A stretch of 27,749 bases of DNA from Myxococcota bacterium (GCA_039208735.1 JBCCQY010000120.1:1-27749), one strand, 5' to 3'; shown: positions 1 to 9,886, numbered from the stretch's first letter. Notes: a model not told the origin generated them from the sequence alone. Numbers and translations are program-made.

Positions 1-348
1 ACGCGGCAGTCTGCCGCGAATCCCACCGGAACGCGATCGTCACGTAGTGGCGCGGATCTTCATGGGTCGGAGTGGGCAGAGCTAGACCGGAACGAACCAC
101 TGAACACCGGTCTTGGTGTGTCCCTGGTGTGTCCCGATTCGCTGCACTCCAACACCCGACAATCGAGTCGTACGTTCGAAATGCGACTGCGATCCGTCAG
201 GCCCTGGAGGCGCTCGACGGTGACGTGCGCCAAGACCTCAACGACGAACTGCCGACGTGGGATGACGCCGATCGGCCGTAAGCTGGTTGTGAACTGGCCT
301 GGCTGTTCTTGATGGTGGTTCCGAGCGAGGATGTTCGCCGGGGGTGCC

Positions 349-1719
349 ATGGCCGAGCTGCCAAAGCCGCATGACGGGATGACGCCGGAGGAGAAGGGCG
401 AGCTGCTCAAACGGTACGTCGCGACTGGGGAAAGGTTTTTTTGGGGCCTCGACTTCAACTACGCGGACCTCACAGGGGCCCACCTCAGTAGGGCCGACCT
501 CAGTAGGGCCGACCTCAGGGGGGCCAACCTCATAGGGGCCGACCTCGGAGGGGCCAACCTCGTAGAAGCCAACCTCAAAGGGGCCGGCTTCTTCGGAGCG
601 AAACTGGCAGGAGCCATAGTTCGGGCCGTCGATCTCGGCACAACGAACCTCCTAAGCGGGGCAGACCTCAGTCGTTTGAACCTCGAAGGCATCACACTTG
701 CTGGAGTCGACCTCACCTCCACACAATTCCGAGGAACGAATCTAAGGAAGGCTGACCTCAGCAATTCAATACTCCGTGACACGAACATGGTAGGGGCTGA
801 CCTTCGTGGGACCAACCTGAGCCAAGCGAAGCTTGATCGTGCCAACTTCCGAACTGCTGACCTAAGAGGTGCCAACCTAAGATGGGCCTCCATAAGCGAC
901 GTTCGCTGGAATGGGGCGAGGATCGATAGCGCCACACAAGTGAGCAGCGGATGGACCCAAGAATTCATCACGGACTTGCACGATCAAGGCGTGCTTCTTG
1001 ACAGTCTTCTGCTTGCTCATGTCCTTAGACCAGGCCTCACTCTCTACTTCCGCACTCAGCTTGATGAGCTTGACGAGGCAGCCATTCTGGTCGTCCTGCG
1101 CGATTTCAAAGCCAAGTTCCCAGGCTCGGATGTCCGCAAAACTCTATTCGAGAACACAGGTGAACGGGCAAAACTCCGCATTGAATCCAGCAACGAGGAC
1201 CACCTTGCCATCCTCGCAGAGCTTTTGCAGAACCGAGCGTGGGAACAGTCTTCAGAACCAGCAGATTCTGCTGTGCCCCTTTCGCTGGAGGGACGTGCCT
1301 ACGCCTGGGCAGGCGACCAACTCTCCGTCATCATGGATCGAACAGGTCGGATGGAGATTTGGCGACAGCAAGACGACAAAGTGGTCCTGGTCCGCACCCT
1401 CGAACCCACCACCAGTCCTGCCCGCGAACATGCCAACTTCCTGATCGAGACCTTCGAGAAAGACGAACTCAAGCGCTTCGTGAAGTCCGTGAACGTCCAG
1501 CTCGCCGCCAAGGTCAACTGGGATTCGACGATGGAGTCCGTGGCACACGATGTCGTCGAGGCACTTCGACGGACCGGGCTCGACCAAAGGTCGTGGTTCC
1601 CGTCACTGCTGCGCGAGCGACCGTTGCTCACAGAGCGTGTTGGGGTTGTCGCCGCACATTACCAGCTGGGGGATGGTCGGTTGGTGTTGCCGGACCATGA
1701 TGACGACGAGCGCGAATGA
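349..1719 (+). CDS. Pentapeptide-repeat protein with C-terminal EAD-like (effector-associated, Death-like helical) domain
   Basis: Long A(D/N)Lxx repeat run (ADLTG AHLSR ADLSR ADLRG ANLIG...). The C-terminus FLIETFEKDELKRFV..VNW..VAHDVVEALRRTG..WFPSLLRERP matches the pattern of three other helical domains in the window. The start at ATG 349 is chosen because the paralog at 26308 begins at the same position (MAELPKPH); the track starts at 331. Confidence 0.9.
   Translation: MAELPKPHDGMTPEEKGELLKRYVATGERFFWGLDFNYADLTGAHLSRADLSRADLRGANLIGADLGGANLVEANLKGAGFFGAKLAGAIVRAVDLGTTNLLSGADLSRLNLEGITLAGVDLTSTQFRGTNLRKADLSNSILRDTNMVGADLRGTNLSQAKLDRANFRTADLRGANLRWASISDVRWNGARIDSATQVSSGWTQEFITDLHDQGVLLDSLLLAHVLRPGLTLYFRTQLDELDEAAILVVLRDFKAKFPGSDVRKTLFENTGERAKLRIESSNEDHLAILAELLQNRAWEQSSEPADSAVPLSLEGRAYAWAGDQLSVIMDRTGRMEIWRQQDDKVVLVRTLEPTTSPAREHANFLIETFEKDELKRFVKSVNVQLAAKVNWDSTMESVAHDVVEALRRTGLDQRSWFPSLLRERPLLTERVGVVAAHYQLGDGRLVLPDHDDDERE
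463..597 (+). repeat. 15-nt tandem repeat (GCC-NAC-CTC-NNN-NGG) encoding the first pentapeptide block
   Basis: Units at 463, 478, 493, 508, 523, 538, 553, 568 and 583, e.g. gcccacctcagtagg, gccgacctcagtagg, gccaacctcaaaggg. Confidence 0.9.
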
Positions 1720-1876
1720 ACGAACCGCGTTTACATCGGGCGGTGTGAACGGTGGTGTGCCACAATCAACAAGCAAACCTTCGCTCTCCGCCTAGATCTT
1801 ACTATCACGTGCTAGTCCTCGTTGTCTCGAAATGGCATGATCTAGCTCCCTTTAGCAACACCTCGGCTGGGCTTTC

Positions 1877-3343
1877 ATGAACGAGAAGGGCAAGCGCGCA
1901 CTCCAACACTTGGACGCAACACACGAGCTCGACCATCAGCGCCAAACGTTATCGGCGAAGCTGCTCTTGGTCCTCTTCCGGCCACGTGAACTCCTGCGGG
2001 TGGTGAAAGGGAACCTGTCAGAGATCGTGACGGAGCTTCCATCCGCAGAAGTCGGCATGCCAGATGCCGATTGGATGGATCGGACGGCCGAGATCGTGGT
2101 CAGGCATGGCTACTTCGAGGAGATGTGCGCGCTACTCCTGACAATTCGGCCGCGGCGCGAGCACGACATTCGTCAGGTCATCGATGCATGCGTTCCGGAG
2201 GATGTGCCCATCGAGCCAATGGAGGATGCGCTTGATGCGCTAGAAGTTACTTCGCGCGCGAAGTATGAACATATGCCACCGACAGCCACAGTTGCGGCAG
2301 AAGCACAACGATTGGCAGAGGACGCTGCAGTCCAGCTCATCCAATCGTCGAAGGGGTCCGTGGTTCTTGTCTTCGAAGGTCCACATCGTGCTGTGGAGCG
2401 GCTACGACTTGCACTTCTGCACCGCGGAGCCGTTGCTGGAATGCCAATTGAGAAGGTCGGCATACAGGCCATCGAAGCGAAGGGAATGCGAAACATCAAG
2501 GCTGCTGGGCTTCATGACCGACTTCACAAGGTTGAACGGGCACTGACCCATAGGCTGTCCGAATATCCGACGTTACGAGACGTACTGGCAAAGGAATTGG
2601 ATTCTCCAGACCTCGATGCGAGTGCCTTGGCCAAGCAGCTGCTGAAGGCGCATGCCCACGACCTGGTTCGAGCGCTCCGTCGCGCCCAGTCCTACCTCAG
2701 TGAAGAAGCTCGCAGCCCTCTCTACGGCTTACTGACCGAGTTGTTGCCCTATCTGGTGGACTGGCGGGAGGCGCAGCTACGGATGCGCGAGTATGCCGTT
2801 GACGAAAACCTGATCGAAACCGAGGCGCTCGAGTGGGAGCTTCCGCTTTGGAAGGAAGCATCCGTGGAGCTGCTGCTGGCCGGTGCAGATGAACGGCCCC
2901 CCACGTTCGAGATTGATGGTGGCGTTCGGGTTCGTGGCAAGGCCTGCCTGTTGTTGCCCACCCTCGACCACCTGGCCGACATCAGGAGGCTGTCTTCCGA
3001 AGAGATGATGCTCATGGTGGTGGACGCACTGCAGTTGGCCCACGACGAGTGGCGAATTGCCGAACACCCTCGAGAGGAGGACCGGATTGCCATTGCCCGA
3101 GATCTGCTTGACGACGCTCGACAAGGCCCACGCCAGGAATGGCCCTATCTGGTGATTGTCGACAGCCTCCTTGGCGCAATGGCGGAAGAGGTGTGGGGTT
3201 TGATCGGTAAAGGCCTCGATGATGCCGGGTTGCGAATGCGGCGGATGCGACTCACGGGGCGACCGGCGCGGTATGAGAGAAACCTTGAGATGCTCATCCG
3301 AGATCTGAAGCGCAGCCAGACAGGCGAATTAGGGGTTCGATAA
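1877..3343 (+). CDS. VMAP-like (vWA-MoxR-associated) protein, paralog 1: EAD-like N-terminus, SEA-like middle, C-terminal domain shared with 3805..5448
   Basis: 488-aa ORF. The C-terminal half aligns with the next gene (LLPYLVDWREAQLRMREY..EALEWELPLWKEASVELLLAGADER vs LLPYVVDWRAAQVRMREH..DALTWELPLIKEASAELLLAGVDER; MRRMRLTGRPARYER vs IRRMRLTGRPQPYER). The VMAP label is inferred from position next to MoxR/vWA. Confidence 0.75.
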   Translation: MNEKGKRALQHLDATHELDHQRQTLSAKLLLVLFRPRELLRVVKGNLSEIVTELPSAEVGMPDADWMDRTAEIVVRHGYFEEMCALLLTIRPRREHDIRQVIDACVPEDVPIEPMEDALDALEVTSRAKYEHMPPTATVAAEAQRLAEDAAVQLIQSSKGSVVLVFEGPHRAVERLRLALLHRGAVAGMPIEKVGIQAIEAKGMRNIKAAGLHDRLHKVERALTHRLSEYPTLRDVLAKELDSPDLDASALAKQLLKAHAHDLVRALRRAQSYLSEEARSPLYGLLTELLPYLVDWREAQLRMREYAVDENLIETEALEWELPLWKEASVELLLAGADERPPTFEIDGGVRVRGKACLLLPTLDHLADIRRLSSEEMMLMVVDALQLAHDEWRIAEHPREEDRIAIARDLLDDARQGPRQEWPYLVIVDSLLGAMAEEVWGLIGKGLDDAGLRMRRMRLTGRPARYERNLEMLIRDLKRSQTGELGVR

Positions 3344-3804
3344 GTCTCCACCTGGAGGACCCATCGATCACAACAGTCACAGTTTTGCTCTTCGGCGACT
3401 GCCTAACTGCCATCTCAACCCAGCGAAAGACAACCCTTGCATCCTGCGTCTTGATGGGAACACAGTAGAGCGTTTCGTCAGGGACACAAGCTCGGGGTGC
3501 TGCTCCAGTCTCCGATCAAGCGGCTTCCCAGACCGCTCCTCCGCAGAGGTGCCAGGTCTCGGGAGACGACCGGCACGGGACAGGCCTTTGAGCTGTGGTC
3601 GGAGCGTTTGGGGCTGATGGCACGTCCCATTGGCGGGGAGATGCCGTGGTTGAACTCCACGAGCCGCAGGTGACGATCCCACCGAGCAAGTCGAATTGAT
3701 CTAGGCATCGCCTCGCTCTTTGGCCGGTGTGAATTCTGTGAACGCTCCATGTTTGCCAAGCGATGCATTTGCGTTTGAGCATGGAGGCAGAGCGGGAGGC
3801 GACG

Positions 3805-5448
3805 ATGGCATCACGGGCGTTGGCGCTCTCTGAGCTACTCGGCAAACTCTTCGACGATTCCAAGAGTGCTGACTTGCTGCGGTGGACCACAATTCTCGAG
3901 GATCGGACTCAACCTGACCTCCGAGGCCTTGTCAAGGCTGTGCGGTGGTCGGCCCCGATGGCCCAGGTGACGTTTGAGCTAAGCCACAGGCTCGAAGAGC
4001 GAGGGACACTGGAACTCCCCCACATTGAAACGGTGCACAGGCTGCTCGTCGAAGCCTTCCCGCTGAGAAAGGACGAAATCGCAACCACTCTCGGTTTTCA
4101 TCCAGAGGCGTCATCGACGGGCGCTCGAGATGCGAACGCACCCGAGCCAAAGCGTCAGCAAACCGTGCCCTCGCCTCCCTCGGTCGCGGTTGGCGCCAGG
4201 AGCGAGCAGGGTGAGGTCATCGAGATCGGCGCTGCGACAGCCATCGCGAAGCACTGGTTGCTTACATGTCGACTTCCTCAAGATGCGAATGCCGTCGTCG
4301 TGCGCATCGAGGAAGAATGGTGGCCGATGGCCGAGAGGGTCGACCATCCCGACCCCACGTTCGATGTCGCCTTGTTGCGCTCGGAGTCGCCGCTACCGGG
4401 GCCCGTCGTCGACATGGCGGCGGTGGGCAAGTCGGTGTCGTTGTCGGTGCCCAAAGGAGCCAAGCCGGGCCAAGGCCTGTTTGCCGACGGTCGCCTGGTG
4501 GGCGTGTGCACGGGTGAGGACCCACCCGTGGCCCTCCCGCTCGCCCAGGTGGAAGCTTGGGTATTGCAGAAGGCCGCTGGGTTCTGTGACCGGTTGAAAG
4601 TGGTGCAGCGGACGCTGGAGCAGGCGCTCGGTGCGCATCCGGGTGTTCGGGAACGCTTAGCCAAATCCCTCGGCGTTCCTGCGGATGCTCCGAAACTGGC
4701 CGAACGACTGCCGCAGCATCATGCCGACGTATTGGCGGAAGCGCTGTTGCAGGAGGTCCTCCGCACCTCTGAGAGCGACGTACCGCTGCGAACGGCGCTG
4801 TGGACCGTGCTGCGTGCACTGTTGCCCTATGTGGTCGATTGGCGGGCGGCGCAGGTGCGAATGCGCGAGCACGAACTGGATGCTGAGGTCGTGGACGCCG
4901 ATGCGCTCACGTGGGAGCTTCCGCTCATCAAGGAGGCGTCGGCGGAGCTCCTTCTTGCGGGCGTCGACGAGCGCGATCCGCAGTTCGAGGTCGACCGAGG
5001 CCGGCCTCGAGGCGCGACGTCCTTGCCGCTTTCGACACTCGAGCACGTGAGTGGCATCGTCAACGTGGAGAACCAGGACCACATCACGGACATCGTGCTC
5101 GAGGACCTCGGCAATGCCATGGTCGAAGACCTCAACCTGACGATGGGCTTGAACCTCGACGACCTCTCTGACGTGAAAGACCAGCGCGAGGAAGCGGCAG
5201 GACTCCTTGCCGACATTCGGCGGTTCCGGCGGGACCGCCTGCCCTACATCGTGATGGTGGACCGGCACCTGCGAAGGGACGAAGAGCCTGACCAGCTGTG
5301 GGAGCTGTTGAACCAGGCCTTGGACCGAGCGAACCTCGGTATTCGGCGCATGCGGCTTACCGGCAGGCCGCAGCCCTACGAGCGGCGCTTCGAGCAAATG
5401 GTGTCCGAGTTGAAGCCCTGGGAAGACCCCGACGGAGGTGACGCATGA
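3805..5448 (+). CDS. VMAP-like protein, paralog 2: EAD-like N-terminus, degenerate trypsin-like domain, conserved C-terminal domain
   Basis: GGGAGG RBS at 3794-3799 precedes ATG 3805 (track starts at 3763). Trypsin-like traces: GAATAIAKHWLLTC, HPDPTFDVALLR, PGQGLFADGRLVGV. The stop overlaps the MoxR start (ATGA 5445-5448). Confidence 0.8.
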   Translation: MASRALALSELLGKLFDDSKSADLLRWTTILEDRTQPDLRGLVKAVRWSAPMAQVTFELSHRLEERGTLELPHIETVHRLLVEAFPLRKDEIATTLGFHPEASSTGARDANAPEPKRQQTVPSPPSVAVGARSEQGEVIEIGAATAIAKHWLLTCRLPQDANAVVVRIEEEWWPMAERVDHPDPTFDVALLRSESPLPGPVVDMAAVGKSVSLSVPKGAKPGQGLFADGRLVGVCTGEDPPVALPLAQVEAWVLQKAAGFCDRLKVVQRTLEQALGAHPGVRERLAKSLGVPADAPKLAERLPQHHADVLAEALLQEVLRTSESDVPLRTALWTVLRALLPYVVDWRAAQVRMREHELDAEVVDADALTWELPLIKEASAELLLAGVDERDPQFEVDRGRPRGATSLPLSTLEHVSGIVNVENQDHITDIVLEDLGNAMVEDLNLTMGLNLDDLSDVKDQREEAAGLLADIRRFRRDRLPYIVMVDRHLRRDEEPDQLWELLNQALDRANLGIRRMRLTGRPQPYERRFEQMVSELKPWEDPDGGDA

Positions 5449-6467
5449 CGGCAACCCAGACAACCGGCCTGCTCCAACGGGCGGCCGGTGACCGTGACGT
5501 GCTGTCGAGCGTTCGGGTGGTTCCGGGAGAGACCCCGACCCACATCTGGGAAGCGAACCACATCTTGGCGGTCGAGATGGGGCTGGCCACGGGCCGAGCC
5601 TTGTTGGTGAGAGGCGCGCCTGGGACCGGCAAGACGCAACTCGCCAAAGCGGCTGCGCACGCCTTGGGCGCTGCGTTGGTGCCGTATACGGTCGATGCCC
5701 ACACCGAGCCGCGCGACCTGAAATACCACGTGGACCACGTCGCCCGGTTGGCCCGGGCCCAGGCGATGGCGGCAATGGCGCCACAATCGGTATCGAGAGA
5801 AGGTGCGCCCGCAAGTTCGTCTGGTCGCGACCCGCTCGAGCCTTCGCAGTTTGTCCACCCAGGTCCATTGTGGTGGGGCTTCAACCCCGTCTCGGCTCGC
5901 GAGCAGGCCCAGAATACGGGCCTGGACCCCAAAGGATGCGCGGTGCCTCCAGGGGCCGAGGCCGGGGGGCGGGTGTTGCTCCTCGACGAAATCGACAAGG
6001 CCGACCCCACTGTCCCGAATAGTCTCCTCGATGCGCTTGGCTACGACGTGTTCGATGTGCCTATTCCTGGGTGTCCTCCGCGCGTCGAGCGAGCTGAGGG
6101 CCGACTGTTGGTGGTGATTACGACCAACGAGGAGCGCTCGCTGCCCGATGCGTTCCTCCGCCGTTGCCTGGTCCTCGAACTCGAACCTCCTTCGAGCGTC
6201 GACGAGCTGGTGGAACGTGGCGCCGCACATTTCGCCGCGTTGGCGCTGCCGATTCTCGAGGAAGCCGCCCATCAGCTGATGGCAGACCAGGCGGAGGCTC
6301 GCAGGCAGGGCAGCTACGTTCCCGGGCTTGCCGAATACCTGGACTTGTTGCGGGCCTTGGTCTCGATGTGTGGCGAGGACGACACCCGACAGCGAGCGCT
6401 GCTCGAGCAGGCCGCGCGTTTCGTGTTCCGCAAGGAGCGTCGAGGGGCTCGCGGAGCAACCCGATGA
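5445..6467 (+). CDS. MoxR-family AAA+ ATPase
   Basis: Walker A GAPGTGKT, Walker B VLLLDEIDKAD, and sensor/arginine-finger segment VVITTNEERSLPDAFLRRC. GGAGG RBS upstream. Confidence 0.95.
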   Translation: MTATQTTGLLQRAAGDRDVLSSVRVVPGETPTHIWEANHILAVEMGLATGRALLVRGAPGTGKTQLAKAAAHALGAALVPYTVDAHTEPRDLKYHVDHVARLARAQAMAAMAPQSVSREGAPASSSGRDPLEPSQFVHPGPLWWGFNPVSAREQAQNTGLDPKGCAVPPGAEAGGRVLLLDEIDKADPTVPNSLLDALGYDVFDVPIPGCPPRVERAEGRLLVVITTNEERSLPDAFLRRCLVLELEPPSSVDELVERGAAHFAALALPILEEAAHQLMADQAEARRQGSYVPGLAEYLDLLRALVSMCGEDDTRQRALLEQAARFVFRKERRGARGATR

Positions 6468-9400
6468 GGGGGCAGCGTGCCGATCTGCTTCGTTTGCTTG
6501 GGACCTGGAAAGACCGTCCCTGGTCGGACCGAGTCGGTGCGGCGACACGGCTTGGATTCGAAGCATCCGACGAAGGGGGGCTCGAGTCGGACGAGTCTCC
6601 ACCGGAGTCGCTCGCTGACGTCGGGCCGCCGGAGCCTTCGCCAGAACCCGAACCGGCCCTCGTCCCCCCGGAACTCGAACCCGTTCCGCTGTGGCGCATC
6701 GAGACGGCGGAGCCCATCGCCCCCGCTCCCACCCTTCCGCCTTGCGAGAGTGGACTTCGAGCTGAGGACCTCTCCCCAGGCCGCTCGCTGAGGGACCTTC
6801 CCGATACGCCCGAGGTCACTCCTTGGTCGCGGCTCGAACCTCGACTCGCAGCCATCGTTCGAAGCGATGCCCCATCGCATACGGTGGACCTGCGGAAGGT
6901 GGTGGCGCGGTTGGCAAAGGGTGAGGTGCTGGATCGACTTCCGCGGGCCACTCGGCACCGGTGGCCGCATCGGCTTCATGTCGTACTCGACCGCCGAAGC
7001 CCCTTTGTCACGCTGTATGCCGACCAAATTCGGGTCTTGCGGCAGCTGGCCAAGCGGTGCAGCCAGGTGACCGTGGGACGTGGCTTCCCTCCGCCGCTGC
7101 CACCCCACGCAACCTTGTTGGTCGTCGGTGATGCGAATGCGCTGCGGTCACGACCGTACTGGCGCCGACGTGCGGCCCAGCTTGGCCGCGTCGGGGTCCG
7201 CCTAGCCGCATTGGTGGCCGACGCTCGACCCCTGAGGGACACCTTTTGGCACGCGACGACTTGGGAGCGGCGTCCCGCGGTCACCGAGCCCGAGGTGCAG
7301 CGGTCTCGAGTCCGACGGTTACTGCGTCTTGGTTCGGTAACCCCCTTGCTGCAGCCGGGTCTGCTGCGCGCCCTTCGTCTGCTCCTGCCCGCCGACGAGG
7401 CCGACTTGCAAACTGAGCTGCAAGCTCTTGCCGACCCTACGCTGGTGCGTGAGGTCGACCACCAAGCGGTGGTCATCGAGCCCGCCCTGGTTGAGGAACT
7501 CCGAGAAGAGTTCGAGAAGCAAGTCCCTGCCGACCTCCAACATCGGGTTTGGCAGACCATTGCTGCGTGGCACGAGGCGCTCCCGGTCGAAGTCGGCGTG
7601 TTCGACCACCTTGTGCGCCGGGGACTTGAGGGGCCGACCGAGGGAGCGGCATCGGCGTCGGCACTGGACTTCGTGCGGCGGCTCCAGCGGACGATTGGCT
7701 CTGGGCAAGGGGGCGCAGGATGGCGGCGGGTGGCCCGAGGCTTCCTCCGACATCTGCCTGTTCCACCGAACCGCGTGGACCCGCAGCTCGAACAGGTGTT
7801 GGGGGGACTTTCCGATGTGCTCGGCGGTGAGGCGAATGCAACCCCAGTCGCGCACCCCGTCGTCCAGGTCGGTTCCGAACTGCGGGTGGGGCAGACTTCA
7901 GGCAGCATTGTGGGGACGTTGTACAGCGCATCAATGGTTGTCGTGGAACGCCCCGGGTCGAGGGCACGACAACGCGTGACACCCGGACTTCGCATTCCCT
8001 TGCCCTCAACTGTTGAGCAACGACCCGAATGGGCGGTTGCAAGCGGTCGAGATCGGTTCGGGCGCTGGGCTGAGGCTGAAGTCGAGGGCGTACGGTTCCG
8101 TATGCGGTGGGTCCCACCAGGCAGGTTCCTCATGGGCTCTCCGCCGTCTGAACCCGATCGGTTCAACGATGAGAGGCTACACGAGGTCGAAATCACGCGA
8201 GGCTATTGGCTGGCCGCAATGCCCGTGACGCAAGCTTTGTGGCGCGCCGTCATGCAGACGAACCCAAGCAAGTTCGAGGGCGACGAGCGGCCAGTCGAGC
8301 AAGTGTCTTGGCACGAAGCTCGGGAATTCTGCCAACGGTTGACAGCGAAGTTGCCGGGGCTGGGGTCCCGGTTGCCGACCGAAGCGGAGTGGGAAAAGGC
8401 GGCGCGGTCAGGTCGCACCGACCGGGGTTGGGCGACCGAAGAAGAACTGCGGGAGATTGCTTGGTTCGAAGACAACAGCGATATGCAGACGCATCCGGTA
8501 GCGCAGAAACAGCCGAATGCCGGTGGGTTCCACGACATGCTCGGCAATGTGTATGAGTGGTGCCTGGATGCCGTACACAGCTTTGCTGAGCCTTTGCCTG
8601 ACGCGTACGCATCCGATCCGCTTGGCACGAGCGGCTCGCGCCGAGTGTTTCGTGGCGGGTCGTGGAACGCCCGCGCGAGGCGCGTCCGCGCGGCCTACCG
8701 CTACGCGAACGAGCCTGGCAATCGCTACGCCTACCTTGGGTTTCGTGTGGCCGGAGGTCCTGCGCCAGGGGGCGGAGCCCCAGGACCGGGGCGGGACGCA
8801 CCGGGACCCGAGCGCGAGGGGACCGAGCCCAGTCCCGATGCTGACGTTGTTCCCGAGGTTGAGCGTCCCCAACCGCCAACGCGAACTCGCATCACCCTTC
8901 GGAGCCGATTCCAGCGACTCACGGTAGCTCCCTGGTTTCGTGAGCCTTGGGTGACCGCTGCAGGGCGCGATCGATTCGGCTTGTGGTCCGAAGTCGACGT
9001 ACAGGGCGTGCGGTTCCGAATGCGGTGGATTCCACCAGGTCGGTTCATGATGGGCTCGCCGCCGAGTGAAGCCGGCCGGTACGACGACGAGACCCTGCAC
9101 CCGGTCCACCTCACGCGCGGTTACTGGCTGGGCGAGACCCCGGTGACCCAGGACCTCTGGCAGGCCCTTATGGGAACCAACCCGAGCCGGTTTGTGAGCC
9201 CGGGTCGGCCCGTCGAACAAGTGAGCTGGGAAGAGGCGATGGCGTTCTGCAAGGCGCTGGGCGAAGCGGCTCCAGGCTTGTCACCACGGCTACCCACCGA
9301 AGCGGAATGGGAACATGCCTGTCGAGCAGGCACCGAGACGACGACGTGGGTAGGGGACCTCGAGTTGTTGGGCAGGCGGAACGCACCGTTGCTCGACGCC

Positions 9401-9886
9401 ATCGCTTGGTACAGCGGGAACAGCGGTGTGGAGTTCGACCTGGACGATGGGTACCACACTTCGATGTGGTTCGAAGCGCAGTACGACCACACGCGAGCAG
9501 GTACGCATCCGGTGCGTACACGCCAGGCGAATCCGTGGGGGCTATACGACATGTTGGGCAATGTGTACGAGTGGTGCTTGGACCAGGTCGAAAGCAGCAG
9601 AAGCCCACTTCCTGCAGAAACCCAAACAGACCCGTTGAGTCTAAGCGGCTCGAGCCGGGTGATTCGTGGCGGGTCGTGGCGCGCCCTCGCGAGGAGCGTA
9701 CGCGCTGCGGCACGCCGGGCGTACGCTCCTGGCGTTCGCTATGATCGCCTCGGGTTTCGTGTGGCCGGAGGTCCTGCGCCAAGTGGCGGAGCCCAAGTTG
9801 CGGGCCGGGACGGCGCAGTGCAGTTCCGAGCGGAGCGAGGTGGCCCGGAGGGCAGGCCGAAACCCAATTTCGAGGACCCCCAATGA
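6464..9886 (+). CDS. vWA-like domain protein fused to two FGE-sulfatase (SUMF1/CLec-fold) domains
   Basis: True start is probably ATG 6464 (ATGA overlap with MoxR, GGAG at 6453). vWA-like segment VDLRKVVARLAKG..LHVVLDRRSP..LLVVGD. Two copies of the FGE motif set (PPGRFxMGSP, PVEQVSW, RLPTEAEWE, DMLGNVYEWC, RGGSW..LGFRVA). Confidence 0.92.
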   Translation: MRGQRADLLRLLGTWKDRPWSDRVGAATRLGFEASDEGGLESDESPPESLADVGPPEPSPEPEPALVPPELEPVPLWRIETAEPIAPAPTLPPCESGLRAEDLSPGRSLRDLPDTPEVTPWSRLEPRLAAIVRSDAPSHTVDLRKVVARLAKGEVLDRLPRATRHRWPHRLHVVLDRRSPFVTLYADQIRVLRQLAKRCSQVTVGRGFPPPLPPHATLLVVGDANALRSRPYWRRRAAQLGRVGVRLAALVADARPLRDTFWHATTWERRPAVTEPEVQRSRVRRLLRLGSVTPLLQPGLLRALRLLLPADEADLQTELQALADPTLVREVDHQAVVIEPALVEELREEFEKQVPADLQHRVWQTIAAWHEALPVEVGVFDHLVRRGLEGPTEGAASASALDFVRRLQRTIGSGQGGAGWRRVARGFLRHLPVPPNRVDPQLEQVLGGLSDVLGGEANATPVAHPVVQVGSELRVGQTSGSIVGTLYSASMVVVERPGSRARQRVTPGLRIPLPSTVEQRPEWAVASGRDRFGRWAEAEVEGVRFRMRWVPPGRFLMGSPPSEPDRFNDERLHEVEITRGYWLAAMPVTQALWRAVMQTNPSKFEGDERPVEQVSWHEAREFCQRLTAKLPGLGSRLPTEAEWEKAARSGRTDRGWATEEELREIAWFEDNSDMQTHPVAQKQPNAGGFHDMLGNVYEWCLDAVHSFAEPLPDAYASDPLGTSGSRRVFRGGSWNARARRVRAAYRYANEPGNRYAYLGFRVAGGPAPGGGAPGPGRDAPGPEREGTEPSPDADVVPEVERPQPPTRTRITLRSRFQRLTVAPWFREPWVTAAGRDRFGLWSEVDVQGVRFRMRWIPPGRFMMGSPPSEAGRYDDETLHPVHLTRGYWLGETPVTQDLWQALMGTNPSRFVSPGRPVEQVSWEEAMAFCKALGEAAPGLSPRLPTEAEWEHACRAGTETTTWVGDLELLGRRNAPLLDAIAWYSGNSGVEFDLDDGYHTSMWFEAQYDHTRAGTHPVRTRQANPWGLYDMLGNVYEWCLDQVESSRSPLPAETQTDPLSLSGSSRVIRGGSWRALARSVRAAARRAYAPGVRYDRLGFRVAGGPAPSGGAQVAGRDGAVQFRAERGGPEGRPKPNFEDPQ
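8633..8780 (+). repeat. DGR variable-region-like repeat VR1 with conserved 3' (IMH-like) tail
   Basis: Aligns without gaps to 9647-9794 and 10767-10914. Differences concentrate in codon positions 1-2 of NNY codons. 8738-8767 is identical over 30 nt to 9752-9781. Confidence 0.75.
9647..9794 (+). repeat. DGR variable-region-like repeat VR2
   Basis: GSSRVIRGGSWRALARSVRAAARRAYAPGVRYDRLGFRVAGGPAP; same nucleotide scaffold as VR1 and VR3. Confidence 0.72.

Noticed and set aside
2..281. Palindrome CGCGGCAG-T-CTGCCGCG (2-18) and 69-aa ORF 72..281
   Set aside because: Both lie at the window edge, with no U-tract or second copy. The ORF tail looks protein-like but has no recognisable motif.
436..442. 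T7 homopolymer near the 5' end of the first pentapeptide gene as a phase-variation switch
   Set aside because: The run is short and in frame, and cannot be supported without read data.
463..597. Short regular repeats as a possible CRISPR array
   Set aside because: The period is 15 nt, in frame within a CDS, with no unique spacers and no cas genes.
3344..3804. 460-bp gap between the VMAP-like paralogs as an IS scar or ncRNA
   Set aside because: I could not identify terminal inverted repeats, transposase similarity or a convincing structure.
6164..6463. N-terminal extension of the 1240-aa ORF
   Set aside because: It overlaps MoxR in another frame. The RBS and ATGA overlap point to 6464.
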